This document shows positions 56,162-64,000 of a stretch of 64,000 nucleotides of DNA, piece after piece. This stretch comes from Oscillospiraceae bacterium (GTDB lineage: Bacteria > Bacillota > Clostridia > Oscillospirales > CAG-272), in the NCBI GenBank assembly GCA_015064125.1, contig SVSV01000001.1, forward strand, positions 3,357-67,356, given 5' to 3'. How positions within the stretch are numbered: the first letter of the stretch is position 1; each line of letters starts with the position of its first letter. The position numbers and the translations under genes are program-made. Under the pieces are notes generated by a model that made no database searches, was not told the DNA's origin, and saw only the letters and a program-made list of their open reading frames with translations.

Positions 56162-56828
56162 ACTTTTCGATACAGATCGCCGCTTCAAGCTCCCCTGCGG
56201 TATCAACGACCGTTTTTGCGCCCTGCTCACGCAGGAAGGTCGCCTCACGGAAGCCCCAGGAAACCAGGATCGCGTCGACACCTGCGTTCTCGGCTGTCTT
56301 GATATCGACCTCCGAGTCACCGATATACACGGTCTGCTCACGGGTAACGCCAAAGGCCTGCATGATCTCATACACAGCATCGGGTGCGGGCTTGCGCGGC
56401 ACACCCTCATTTTCGCGTTCACCAAGCGCCATGGCAAACGTATCGCCAAACATATCGCAGCAAAGCTGCTTGGTGATGGCATCGGGTTTATTGGAAAGCA
56501 CCGCGGTAGCAATACCGCGCGCACGCAATCTGCTCAAAAGCTCTGCTATACCTACAAACGGGGCGGTTTTTACAGTCGAATGTGCCGCGTAGTAGCTACG
56601 GAAGTCCTCAAACACACGCGCCACCAGATCAGCTGCGGTCCCCTTGGGGGTGACACGCTCGATCAGCTTTTTCACGCCGTTTCCGACAAAGGAGCAGACA
56701 GACTCCCTTGTGTGCGTGGGATAGCCGTTTTTCAAAAGCGCCACGTTCACCGCATCCGTGAGATCCGCCAACGTATCAAGCACGGTGCCGTCAAGATCAA
56801 AAATAGCCAAGCGATACTGATAACTCAC
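56160..56828 (-). CDS. HAD-superfamily hydrolase (phosphoglycolate-phosphatase-like, subfamily IA)
   Basis: Motif I FDLDGTVLDT, then SNK, then GDSEVD. The GTG start has AAGGGGG 7 nt upstream. Confidence 0.8.
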   Translation of the reverse strand: MSYQYRLAIFDLDGTVLDTLADLTDAVNVALLKNGYPTHTRESVCSFVGNGVKKLIERVTPKGTAADLVARVFEDFRSYYAAHSTVKTAPFVGIAELLSRLRARGIATAVLSNKPDAITKQLCCDMFGDTFAMALGERENEGVPRKPAPDAVYEIMQAFGVTREQTVYIGDSEVDIKTAENAGVDAILVSWGFREATFLREQGAKTVVDTAGELEAAICIEK

Positions 56829-56832
56829 ACCG

Positions 56833-57669
56833 TTAGTCCCCCTTTTTTAGTTTTCCATTTATAATGGCCTCTATCACCGCAGCAAGCAGCCCCTCGCCGC
56901 TGTCACACAAAACAAGATCCGCTATCTCTTTTACACGCGGCAGTGCATTGGTGGGGCAAATAGCGATATCAGCACTCTCCAGCATCTCAATATCGTTTTC
57001 AAAGTCACCGCAGGCAATGACGGTACGTGTGCCAAAATCACATACCGTGCGCAGCTTTTCAAGCCCTGCGCCCTTATGGCAATCACGGTAAAAGATCTCC
57101 AGAAAATGATCGCCCGATCGCAGCGCCATCAAGCGATGCCCCGCAAAGCGCCTGTCAAACGCCGCACGGATCTCAGCCAACACCTCACCCTCGCCACGGA
57201 ACACCAGCTTATACCAGTCGTCAAGCGGCCAGTCCGCCAGGCTTGGCAAAATTTCAAAGACCTCGCGACCGTATGCTACAAGATCGCGCGTCATATATCC
57301 ACTTCCACTCAACGCACGCATGCCTTCCGGTGTAGATACGCGCCAGGAGGCGTGAGGACATTCACAGGCAATAAAATCAAGCAGCTCCTGCACGTGTACT
57401 CTATCAATAAAGGTTTCTGCGCTGGTTTTCCCCACCCCGTGGTCATATAAATATGAGCCGTTACACAGCACCATAGGTGCGTTGACCAGACGCGAAAGCT
57501 GCGGCACTGCGCCTGCAATGCTCTGTTTGATGCGTCCTGTGGCGATCGTAAAAAGTCCGCCGTTCTGAATGAACTTTTCCACCGCCTCCATATTTCGCGG
57601 CACAGTCTTGCCGTGATGCAAAAAGGTACCGTCAAGATCTGTGACGATCGCATAGCTCGAAAAATCCAT
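56833..57669 (-). CDS. Cof-type HAD-IIB phosphatase
   Basis: VTDLDGTFL, ATGR and GDFENDIEML. ATG 57669 overlaps the rluD stop codon (TAATG). Confidence 0.8.
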   Translation of the reverse strand: MDFSSYAIVTDLDGTFLHHGKTVPRNMEAVEKFIQNGGLFTIATGRIKQSIAGAVPQLSRLVNAPMVLCNGSYLYDHGVGKTSAETFIDRVHVQELLDFIACECPHASWRVSTPEGMRALSGSGYMTRDLVAYGREVFEILPSLADWPLDDWYKLVFRGEGEVLAEIRAAFDRRFAGHRLMALRSGDHFLEIFYRDCHKGAGLEKLRTVCDFGTRTVIACGDFENDIEMLESADIAICPTNALPRVKEIADLVLCDSGEGLLAAVIEAIINGKLKKGD

Positions 57670-58616
57670 TACGTGCACTCCCTTTCCAAAATCTCCAGTA
57701 ACGCGGAAAACTCAGTCGGGAGCGGAGCCTCAAAGCTCATACGCACACCCATTCTGGGGTGTGTCAATGACAAACGGCGCGCAAACAGGCATTGACCGCT
57801 GATAAGAGCTTTGTGTTTTGCCTCAAACTTCGTACCGTTTCCGCCGTATACGGGGTCACCCAGCAGCGGGTGCCCAAGCGAGGACATATGCACACGGATC
57901 TGGTGCGTGCGTCCTGTTTCCAGCTGACATTCAATATGCGTCATACCGCCAAAGCGGGAAAGCACACGATAGTGCGTCACAGCCTCTCTGCCCTGTTCCT
58001 GCTTGCGTGTGATCGCCATGCGCTTACGGTCAACAGGGTGACGCCCGATGGGGGCATTTACCGTACCGCTATCCTCCTTGAAATTCCCGAGGGCGATCGC
58101 CTCGTAAACACGGCTGACCTCGTGTACCTTTAATTGCTCGGAAAGAGCCGTATGTGCGGCATCGTTTTTCGCTACCACCAAAAGCCCTGCCGTATCCTTA
58201 TCGATGCGGTGCACAATACCGGGGCGCTCCACGCCCCCAATGCCCGACAGCGACCCCTTGCAATGGTAAAGAAGGGCGTTGACAAGCGTGCCGCTCTCAT
58301 TCCCTGCGGCAGGATGCACCACCATCCCGCTTGGCTTATTTACGACCACGATATCCTCGTCCTCATAAATGATATCCAGCGCAATATTCTCAGGCTGCGC
58401 CTCGGCAGGCACAGGATCAGGGCACGTCAGCACAACGGCTTCCCCACCCCGAATGACGTATTTTTTATTCACGTCACCAAAGGAAAGCGACACCATACCC
58501 TCGGCGATCAGCCGCTGAGCGGCAGCACGTGAAAGCTCAAAGCGCTCAGCAATGAAGCGATCCAGTCGCTCACCGCGATCAGCCTCAGCCGCAACGATTT
58601 TAACGATCTCGCTCAC
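57669..58616 (-). CDS. rluD: RluA-family 23S rRNA pseudouridine synthase (RluD-like)
   Basis: N-terminal S4 domain, then the catalytic HRIDKDTAGLL and HQIRVH. Confidence 0.9.
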   Translation of the reverse strand: MSEIVKIVAAEADRGERLDRFIAERFELSRAAAQRLIAEGMVSLSFGDVNKKYVIRGGEAVVLTCPDPVPAEAQPENIALDIIYEDEDIVVVNKPSGMVVHPAAGNESGTLVNALLYHCKGSLSGIGGVERPGIVHRIDKDTAGLLVVAKNDAAHTALSEQLKVHEVSRVYEAIALGNFKEDSGTVNAPIGRHPVDRKRMAITRKQEQGREAVTHYRVLSRFGGMTHIECQLETGRTHQIRVHMSSLGHPLLGDPVYGGNGTKFEAKHKALISGQCLFARRLSLTHPRMGVRMSFEAPLPTEFSALLEILERECT

Positions 58617-58619
58617 GCC

Positions 58620-59129
58620 CTACTCCTCCGTTTTTTTCTGTGAGGATGCACCCTTAGCCTTGGCAAGCTTGGCCTCGTTCAGCATATCGAGCAGCACGTC
58701 AAGGACAAAAAGTGCAGCACCCACGCACACAGCAGCATCCGCCACGTTGAAGACCCAAACCCAGAAATCAAAGGCGCAAAAATCAATAAAATCCACCACA
58801 AAGCCAAGGCGAACACGGTCGATCATATTGCCGATACCGCCGCCCACGATCAGGGCCAGCCCCACACGCGACAGCGGACGCTTTACGTAGCGGAACAAAT
58901 AAAAGCATAAAAGCCCGATGCCCACCACCGACAGCACGATAAAGACCCAGCGCTTGTCAGCAAGCAGGCCAAAGGCCATGCCCCTGTTTTCAACGTACGT
59001 AAAATTCAAAATGCCCTCAATGAGCACCACGCGCCCCTCGTACAAATACGTCAGCACCAGCAGCTTGCTTATTTGATCAAGTAACACGACAAGCACAATG
59101 ATGCTCGCGGCCAAAATCATTCCTAACAT
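58620..59129 (-). CDS. lspA: lipoprotein signal peptidase II
   Basis: LDQISK, YVENRGMAFG and GNMIDR..GFVVDFI. RBS is AAGGAG. Confidence 0.9.
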   Translation of the reverse strand: MLGMILAASIIVLVVLLDQISKLLVLTYLYEGRVVLIEGILNFTYVENRGMAFGLLADKRWVFIVLSVVGIGLLCFYLFRYVKRPLSRVGLALIVGGGIGNMIDRVRLGFVVDFIDFCAFDFWVWVFNVADAAVCVGAALFVLDVLLDMLNEAKLAKAKGASSQKKTEE

Positions 59130-59142
59130 ACAGACTCCTTAA

Positions 59143-59213
59143 AAGTGCCGCAAGTGTCAAAAGACATTTGCGGCACTTGTGGTATAGCCGAACACATAAG
59201 CCTCTCGGCTATA
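59143..59213 (-). other. two stem-loops in the ileS-lspA spacer (possible partial terminator or RNA-stability elements)
   Basis: AAGTGCCGCAA (59143-59153) pairs with TTGCGGCACTT (59168-59178). TATAGCCGA (59183-59191) pairs with TCGGCTATA (59205-59213). Only a short U run follows on the minus strand. Confidence 0.5.
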
Positions 59214-59217
59214 AAGC

Positions 59218-62007
59218 TTATTTACCAAGCACAGCGCGGCAACGGGGGCACAGACACCCGTCCTCCTCGCTGCTCACACCCTCAGTGGTGTAGTTCCAGC
59301 AGCGATCGCACTTCTCGCCTGCGGCCTCGCTGACCACAACACCGATGGGATAGCCCTCCTCTACCACAGCACCCTCGGGTGCAGCAGCATTTTCAAGAGC
59401 CACCTGCGACACGATAAATACCGTGGGCAAGTCCTTAGCAAAGGTATTCAACAGCGCAAAGGCTTCCGCGTCGGGCGCGTATACCGTAACGGCCGCATCG
59501 AGCGATTTGCCGATGCGCTTCTCAGCACGTGCAAGCTCAAGCGCCTTCATCACAGGCTCACGCAGCGCAAACAGACGGTCCCACTTTTCGCGCACCTCAG
59601 CGAAGGACAGTGCCTCGTCGTAGGTGGGCAGATCGTTGAGGAATACACTTTCAGCCACGTCGCCCTTGGCGCGCGGCATAGCCTGCCAGATCTCCTCGGC
59701 AGTGAAGGAGATCAGAGGCGCCAGCAGGCGCGTAAGAGTGCTGATGATATAGTACATCGCGCTCTGCGCAGAACGGCGTGCAAAGGAGGTAGCACCCTCA
59801 GCATATACACGGTCCTTGGTGATATCGATATAAAGCTTAGAGAGCTCGACCGTGCAGAAATTATTGACGTCGTGATAAATGGTATGGAACTCGTACGCAT
59901 CGTAAGCGGCACGTGCGCGAGCCACCAGATCGTTCATCGTGGACACGATCCACTTATCGATATCCAGCATCTTGTCGGCAGGCACCGTATCGGTTTCGGG
60001 ATCGAAATCGTAAAGGTCGGCCAGCAGGAAGCGGGCGGTGTTGCGGATCTTACGGTATGCATCGGAAAGCTGCTTGAAGATCGCTTCGGAAGCGCGCACG
60101 TCCACGTGATAATCGCTGGAGGCCACCCACAAGCGAAGCAGATCGGCACCGTATTTTTTGATCATATCGAGGGGATCAACGCCGTTACCAAGCGACTTGT
60201 GCATAGCGCGGCCCTCGCCGTCAACCACCCAGCCGTGCGTAAGGACCGTGCGGAAGGGGGCTTCACCCTTACCGGTAGAGCCAACGGCCGTGAGGAGCGA
60301 GGACTGGAACCATCCGCGGTACTGGTCGGCACCCTCAAGATAAACATCGGCAGGCCACTCGCCCTCACCAAGCACGGCAAAGTGCGTGGAGCCCGAATCG
60401 AACCAACCGTCAAGGGTGTTGGTCTCCTTGGTGAAGTGCTTGCCGCCGCAATGCGGGCAAGCAAAGCCTCGGGGCAGCATATCGTCGGCCTCAGTATCAA
60501 ACCAGGCGTTTGAGCCCTTAGCAGCAAAAAGATTGGCTACGGCATCGATCGTTTCATCATTGCAGATCGGCTTGCCGCAATCCTCGCAATAAAACACGGG
60601 GATCGGCAGACCCCAATGGCGCTGACGGGAAATGCACCAGTCAGCACGTTCACGCACCATCGATTTGATGCGCTCACCACCCCACTCGGGCAGCCATTGT
60701 ACGTTATCACAGGCCTCGGCGGCCTCGTTCTTGAAGGCATCGACCGAGCAGAACCACTGGGGCGTTGCGCGGAAGATGATCGGCGACTTGCAGCGCCAGC
60801 AGTGCGGATACTCGTGCTCGATCTCCTCGCTGGCAAAGAGCGCACCGCTCTCCTTCATATCGGCAAGGATCGCCACGTTACTTTCGTCATAGCGCAGCCC
60901 TGCAAACTTGCCCGCCTCGGCAGTCTGATAACCGCGGTCGTCAACGGGCACAAATACGTCAATGTTATAACGGCGGCAGGTCTGATAGTCGTCAGCGCCA
61001 AAGCCGGGGGCGGTGTGCACGCAGCCCGTACCGCTCTCCATGGTGACGTAATCGGCATTCACCACGGTGGAAAGACGGTCAAGGAAGGGATGCTGTGCCG
61101 TCATATACTCAAATTCCTTGCCGGGCATGGTCAGCACCACCTCGTAATCGGCAATACCACCCTGTGCCATGGTCTTGGCAAGCAGAGCCTCGGCCACGAT
61201 ATAGCACGCGCCGTCAGCAGCCCTCGCTACCACATAATTTTCCACAGGATTGAGTGCAATGGCAATGTTACCGGGCAGGGTCCACGTGGTGGTCGTCCAG
61301 ATCACAAAATAGGTATTGGCAAGGTCAACGCCGCCAAGCTTGCCCTTGTCGTCTGCCACACGGAATTTAACGTAAATAGACGTGCAGGCATCGGTCTGGT
61401 ATTCGATCTCAGCCTCGGCAAGCGCCGTTTCATCCTTCGGGCACCAATAAACGGGCTTCAATCCCTTGTAGATATAGCCCTTCTTATACATTTCACCGAA
61501 TACGCGTACCTCTCTGGCCTCAAATTCAGGTGCCATGGTGAGGTAAGGATTTGCCCAATCGCCCGTAATGCCAAGGCGCTTGAACTGATCCATTTGAATA
61601 TTGACAAAGTTCTCGGCAAACTGATAGCAGGCACTGCGGAACTCGGAGATCGACATTTTCTTGCGGTCAAGCTTATTCTTTTTGATGATCGCACTCTCAA
61701 TGGGCATGCCGTGGTTATCCCAGCCCGGGATATAGGGCACGCGATAGCCCATCATGCTGCGCGACTTGTTGATAAAATCCTTCAGGATCTTATTCAGCGC
61801 GTGGCCCATATGAATATTGCCGTTCGAGAAGGGGGGGCCGTCGTGCAGAACGAAGGTGGGCTTGCCTGCGCGCACCTCCTGCATACGGTCGTAAAGCTTC
61901 ATCTCACGCCAATACTCAAGCATTTGCGGCTCACGCTTGGGAAGCTCGGCACGCATTGCAAACGTGGTGTTTGGAAGATTGAGTGATGCACTGTAATCTT
62001 TTGCCAT
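59218..62007 (-). CDS. ileS: isoleucyl-tRNA synthetase (type 1, C-terminal Zn finger)
   Basis: HMGHALNK (HIGH), KMHKS (KMSKS), and C-terminal CDRCW...CPRC. Confidence 0.97.
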   Translation of the reverse strand: MAKDYSASLNLPNTTFAMRAELPKREPQMLEYWREMKLYDRMQEVRAGKPTFVLHDGPPFSNGNIHMGHALNKILKDFINKSRSMMGYRVPYIPGWDNHGMPIESAIIKKNKLDRKKMSISEFRSACYQFAENFVNIQMDQFKRLGITGDWANPYLTMAPEFEAREVRVFGEMYKKGYIYKGLKPVYWCPKDETALAEAEIEYQTDACTSIYVKFRVADDKGKLGGVDLANTYFVIWTTTTWTLPGNIAIALNPVENYVVARAADGACYIVAEALLAKTMAQGGIADYEVVLTMPGKEFEYMTAQHPFLDRLSTVVNADYVTMESGTGCVHTAPGFGADDYQTCRRYNIDVFVPVDDRGYQTAEAGKFAGLRYDESNVAILADMKESGALFASEEIEHEYPHCWRCKSPIIFRATPQWFCSVDAFKNEAAEACDNVQWLPEWGGERIKSMVRERADWCISRQRHWGLPIPVFYCEDCGKPICNDETIDAVANLFAAKGSNAWFDTEADDMLPRGFACPHCGGKHFTKETNTLDGWFDSGSTHFAVLGEGEWPADVYLEGADQYRGWFQSSLLTAVGSTGKGEAPFRTVLTHGWVVDGEGRAMHKSLGNGVDPLDMIKKYGADLLRLWVASSDYHVDVRASEAIFKQLSDAYRKIRNTARFLLADLYDFDPETDTVPADKMLDIDKWIVSTMNDLVARARAAYDAYEFHTIYHDVNNFCTVELSKLYIDITKDRVYAEGATSFARRSAQSAMYYIISTLTRLLAPLISFTAEEIWQAMPRAKGDVAESVFLNDLPTYDEALSFAEVREKWDRLFALREPVMKALELARAEKRIGKSLDAAVTVYAPDAEAFALLNTFAKDLPTVFIVSQVALENAAAPEGAVVEEGYPIGVVVSEAAGEKCDRCWNYTTEGVSSEEDGCLCPRCRAVLGK

Positions 62008-62072
62008 GATCTTTTCTACTCCTGTATGTTTACTAAACTATGATTATAATTTCGCGGTCGCAAAGCAACCGA

Positions 62073-62855
62073 TCATTGATACTGATCCGCCACCAGACGG
62101 TAACGCCCCTTTTTGGTTTTATCCGAAAGCGCACGGATCACAAATTTCCCGTAGCCGCGCACCGAAAGCACTGCACCCTCGGGCACCTCACGGTCATATT
62201 TCTGAAGGGACTCGTAGTCCATTTGCACCAGATCTTTTGCAAACAACGCCTGCGCGCGCTCGCGGGAAAGATGGCACAGCGCCGCCACCACGGCATCGGC
62301 ACGCGGTGAGGCAACGGTGTCACACAAAGGCCTGAAGCTTCGCCCACCGTTGAAATCGGGCGGCAGGGTCACCTTGCCCACCGTCACGGTATCGTGCGCT
62401 ACGCGCACAAGATTTTCCTTTAAGAACGCGGCCATCACACTGTCACAGAACAGAATGGCGCCTTGGTCGGGCAGCACACAGATATCCCCCACAGCCTCAC
62501 GCTTGATGCCGAGATGTAACACGGCCCCCAGGTAATCGCGGTGCGTTGGCACGTAAAATCCACTGCCCTTTATCAAAAGCGGCATCACCGCCTCGCCCAA
62601 AAGCTCACCGAGCAGCTCCTTTCGCACGTCGCCGTCAAGCTCTGCCATATATTCGGGCAAAAAAACAGCTCTTGCACGCTCGGCATCGGGATAGCCACCG
62701 CAAAACAGAGGCGCATCGCGATGAGAAAGCCTCACCCGCAGGATACGCTGCTCCTGCGGCGTTAAAAAGGGGCTGTATGCCACCTCACCGTCGGCGGCCC
62801 GCTTCATCAGGTCCCCGGCACGCGCCAGAAGCGCGTCGATCTCTTTTTCCGTCAT
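62073..62855 (-). CDS. ylmH: YlmH-like RNA-binding (S4 domain) cell-division-cluster protein
   Basis: 260 aa in the conserved position sepF-yggT-ylmH. The N-terminal ..SPFLTPQEQ.. and a C-terminal S4-like region are typical. Confidence 0.7.
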   Translation of the reverse strand: MTEKEIDALLARAGDLMKRAADGEVAYSPFLTPQEQRILRVRLSHRDAPLFCGGYPDAERARAVFLPEYMAELDGDVRKELLGELLGEAVMPLLIKGSGFYVPTHRDYLGAVLHLGIKREAVGDICVLPDQGAILFCDSVMAAFLKENLVRVAHDTVTVGKVTLPPDFNGGRSFRPLCDTVASPRADAVVAALCHLSRERAQALFAKDLVQMDYESLQKYDREVPEGAVLSVRGYGKFVIRALSDKTKKGRYRLVADQYQ

Positions 62856-63118
62856 ACGAACAATGAAATGGCGCTGATCACCATAAAGGCTGCGAAAAAG
62901 GGTGCGTCAAGCACACTGCTCTGAAACCACCCAAGGCGGTCAAACAGCGCACGTATGGGCGCTATCACAGGCTCGGTGACAAGGGCCGTAAAGCGTGCGA
63001 TGGGATTTTGCTCGTCAACGGGCAAAAAGGAAAGCACGGCGCGCACCAAAAAGCAAAGCCTTAAAAAGGTTAAAAGCGCACGGACCGTTCCTATCAGCAA
63101 CGCAACGAAAATATGCAT
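62852..63118 (-). CDS. YggT-family membrane protein (YlmG)
   Basis: 88 aa, two TM helices, LSFLPV motif. There is a 4-nt overlap with ylmH. Confidence 0.75.
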   Translation of the reverse strand: MHIFVALLIGTVRALLTFLRLCFLVRAVLSFLPVDEQNPIARFTALVTEPVIAPIRALFDRLGWFQSSVLDAPFFAAFMVISAISLFV

Positions 63119-63132
63119 ATCCTTCCCGCTTT

Positions 63133-63558
63133 TTAATATTCCTCGTCGTTATCCTCACCCGTTACCTCGCCACTGCGGGGGGAGAGCACGAGCGTGGTTT
63201 TGGTAACGCGGCGGAACTCACCGTCAAGCACCTCAAGGGCACCGAGCAAGAAGTCGATCAGGCGCATCGCAGAGGCGCGCTCCAGATCCTCAATATTCAT
63301 CACAACGGTATACCCGTCCATCAGATATCCCGCAATAGCGGGTCCATCGTCATAATTACGGGGCTTTACGACCTTAAGCATGTTGCCCGTAGCGGCGCTT
63401 TGCGTCGGACGCTTGGCAGGCTGCTGACTCTCGGCGGCTTCACCAAGATCATCCACTACACCGTCCTCCTCGTCCTCATCACCGCGGTAAAAGCCTGCAT
63501 CGTAATCCTCATAGCTTTCATAATCGCTTCTCTTGTTCTTAGCAAATGGGTTTTTCAT
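63133..63558 (-). CDS. sepF: cell division protein SepF
   Basis: An acidic linker, then VVKPRNYDDGPAIAGYLMDGYTVVMNIEDLERASAMRLIDFLLGA. Confidence 0.9.
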   Translation of the reverse strand: MKNPFAKNKRSDYESYEDYDAGFYRGDEDEEDGVVDDLGEAAESQQPAKRPTQSAATGNMLKVVKPRNYDDGPAIAGYLMDGYTVVMNIEDLERASAMRLIDFLLGALEVLDGEFRRVTKTTLVLSPRSGEVTGEDNDEEY

Positions 63559-63583
63559 ATGTACCTCCCTGATTTATGTTCAT

Positions 63584-64000
63584 TTATTGTTCTTCCTTCA
63601 AAAACAGGCGTCTGCCGACGCGCACCATCGCGGCGCCCTCGGCCACGGCCTCGGGAAAACTCTCCGACATGCCCATGGAGAGCAGCGGCTCTCCTTCCTT
63701 TCCAAGCGCCTGCCAGATGTCCTGCGCCAGCAAGCGTGCCGCCTTAAAATACGGGCGATACTCATCTGCCCTCTCGCAGTGCGGCGCCATTGTCATCAGA
63801 CCCTGCAGAGCAAGGTGCGGTAACGCCTCTATCTCCTCACAAAGCGCGGCAGCCTGCTCGGGCATCACGCCACCCTTGGCGCTCTCCCGACCGATATTGA
63901 CCTCGGCAAATACGCGTAGGATAAGATCGTGCTTTGCTGCATGGCGCTCAAGCTCACGGGCAAGCTCTATGCTGTCCACCGAATGAACGGCATACACCTT
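63584..64000 (-). CDS. YggS-family pyridoxal-phosphate homeostasis protein (N-terminal part outside the window)
   Basis: HSVDSIELA, LQGLMTMAP and LSMGMSESFPEAVAEGAAMVRVG. The ORF is open to the window end. Confidence 0.85.
   Translation of the reverse strand, partial: KVYAVHSVDSIELARELERHAAKHDLILRVFAEVNIGRESAKGGVMPEQAAALCEEIEALPHLALQGLMTMAPHCERADEYRPYFKAARLLAQDIWQALGKEGEPLLSMGMSESFPEAVAEGAAMVRVGRRLFLKEEQ

Noticed and set aside
62928-62941. An 11-nt match (CCCAAGGCGGT) to repeat unit A inside the yggT coding region.
   Set aside because: It is a single short match within a well-supported CDS. It is most likely chance, and there is no flanking similarity to the rest of unit A.

Overview
This looks like a chromosomal, mostly housekeeping window from a GC-rich Clostridia-type Firmicute. 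The taxon is my inference from gene content and order, not a computed result. I call about 70 protein genes. I see no rRNA or tRNA, no CRISPR array, and no recognisable transposon or prophage. Three amino-acid biosynthesis operons dominate. (1) argC-J-B-D-F (24132 to 18918, minus) has a consensus promoter and tandem ARG boxes. (2) A 12-gene ilvB-N-C / ilvD-leuA-C-D-B-ilvE-ilvA-ridA operon runs from 38576 to 26068 on the minus strand. (3) A TrpR-like yerC/hisR-type gene is fused by an ATGA overlap to hisZ-G-D-C-B-H-A-F-IE (39296-47050, plus). Other blocks are: proS tail; a decayed sugar locus (glycoside-hydrolase-like gene plus truncated oxidoreductase and AraC fragments); a DUF4830 gene; a large repeat-containing membrane/surface protein; rex-dnaD-dnaC(dnaI-like); tsaD-rimI with an LMW phosphatase; dCMP deaminase; a PrsA-like foldase; hprK with a GHMP kinase, an MBL hydrolase and rlmH; an XRE regulator plus 12-TM membrane protein pair; a MATE/DeoR divergent pair; rny; a Crh-like HPr; a DEDDh exonuclease; a G1P-dehydrogenase-like enzyme plus two HAD phosphatases; and the rluD-lspA-ileS-ylmH-yggT-sepF-yggS cell-division-distal cluster. 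The observations most worth a second look are as follows. (a) There is a promoter, a 43-codon Ile/Val/Leu-rich rare-codon leader ORF and an intrinsic terminator in front of ilvB. This is a candidate ribosome-mediated attenuator where a T-box would be expected. (b) A roughly 400-bp nested direct-repeat array (30-bp and 70-bp units in a 1-2-3 pattern) fills the ilvC-ilvD spacer inside that operon. (c) Seven DnaA-box 9-mers lie within 180 bp between tsaD and a translationally coupled rex-dnaD-dnaC operon. (d) A 608-aa protein combines a signal peptide, a beta-helix-like ectodomain, TM helices, 16 x APVVEE repeats and a conserved C-terminal domain I cannot name. All coordinates and pairings were read by eye, and no searches or folding programs were run.
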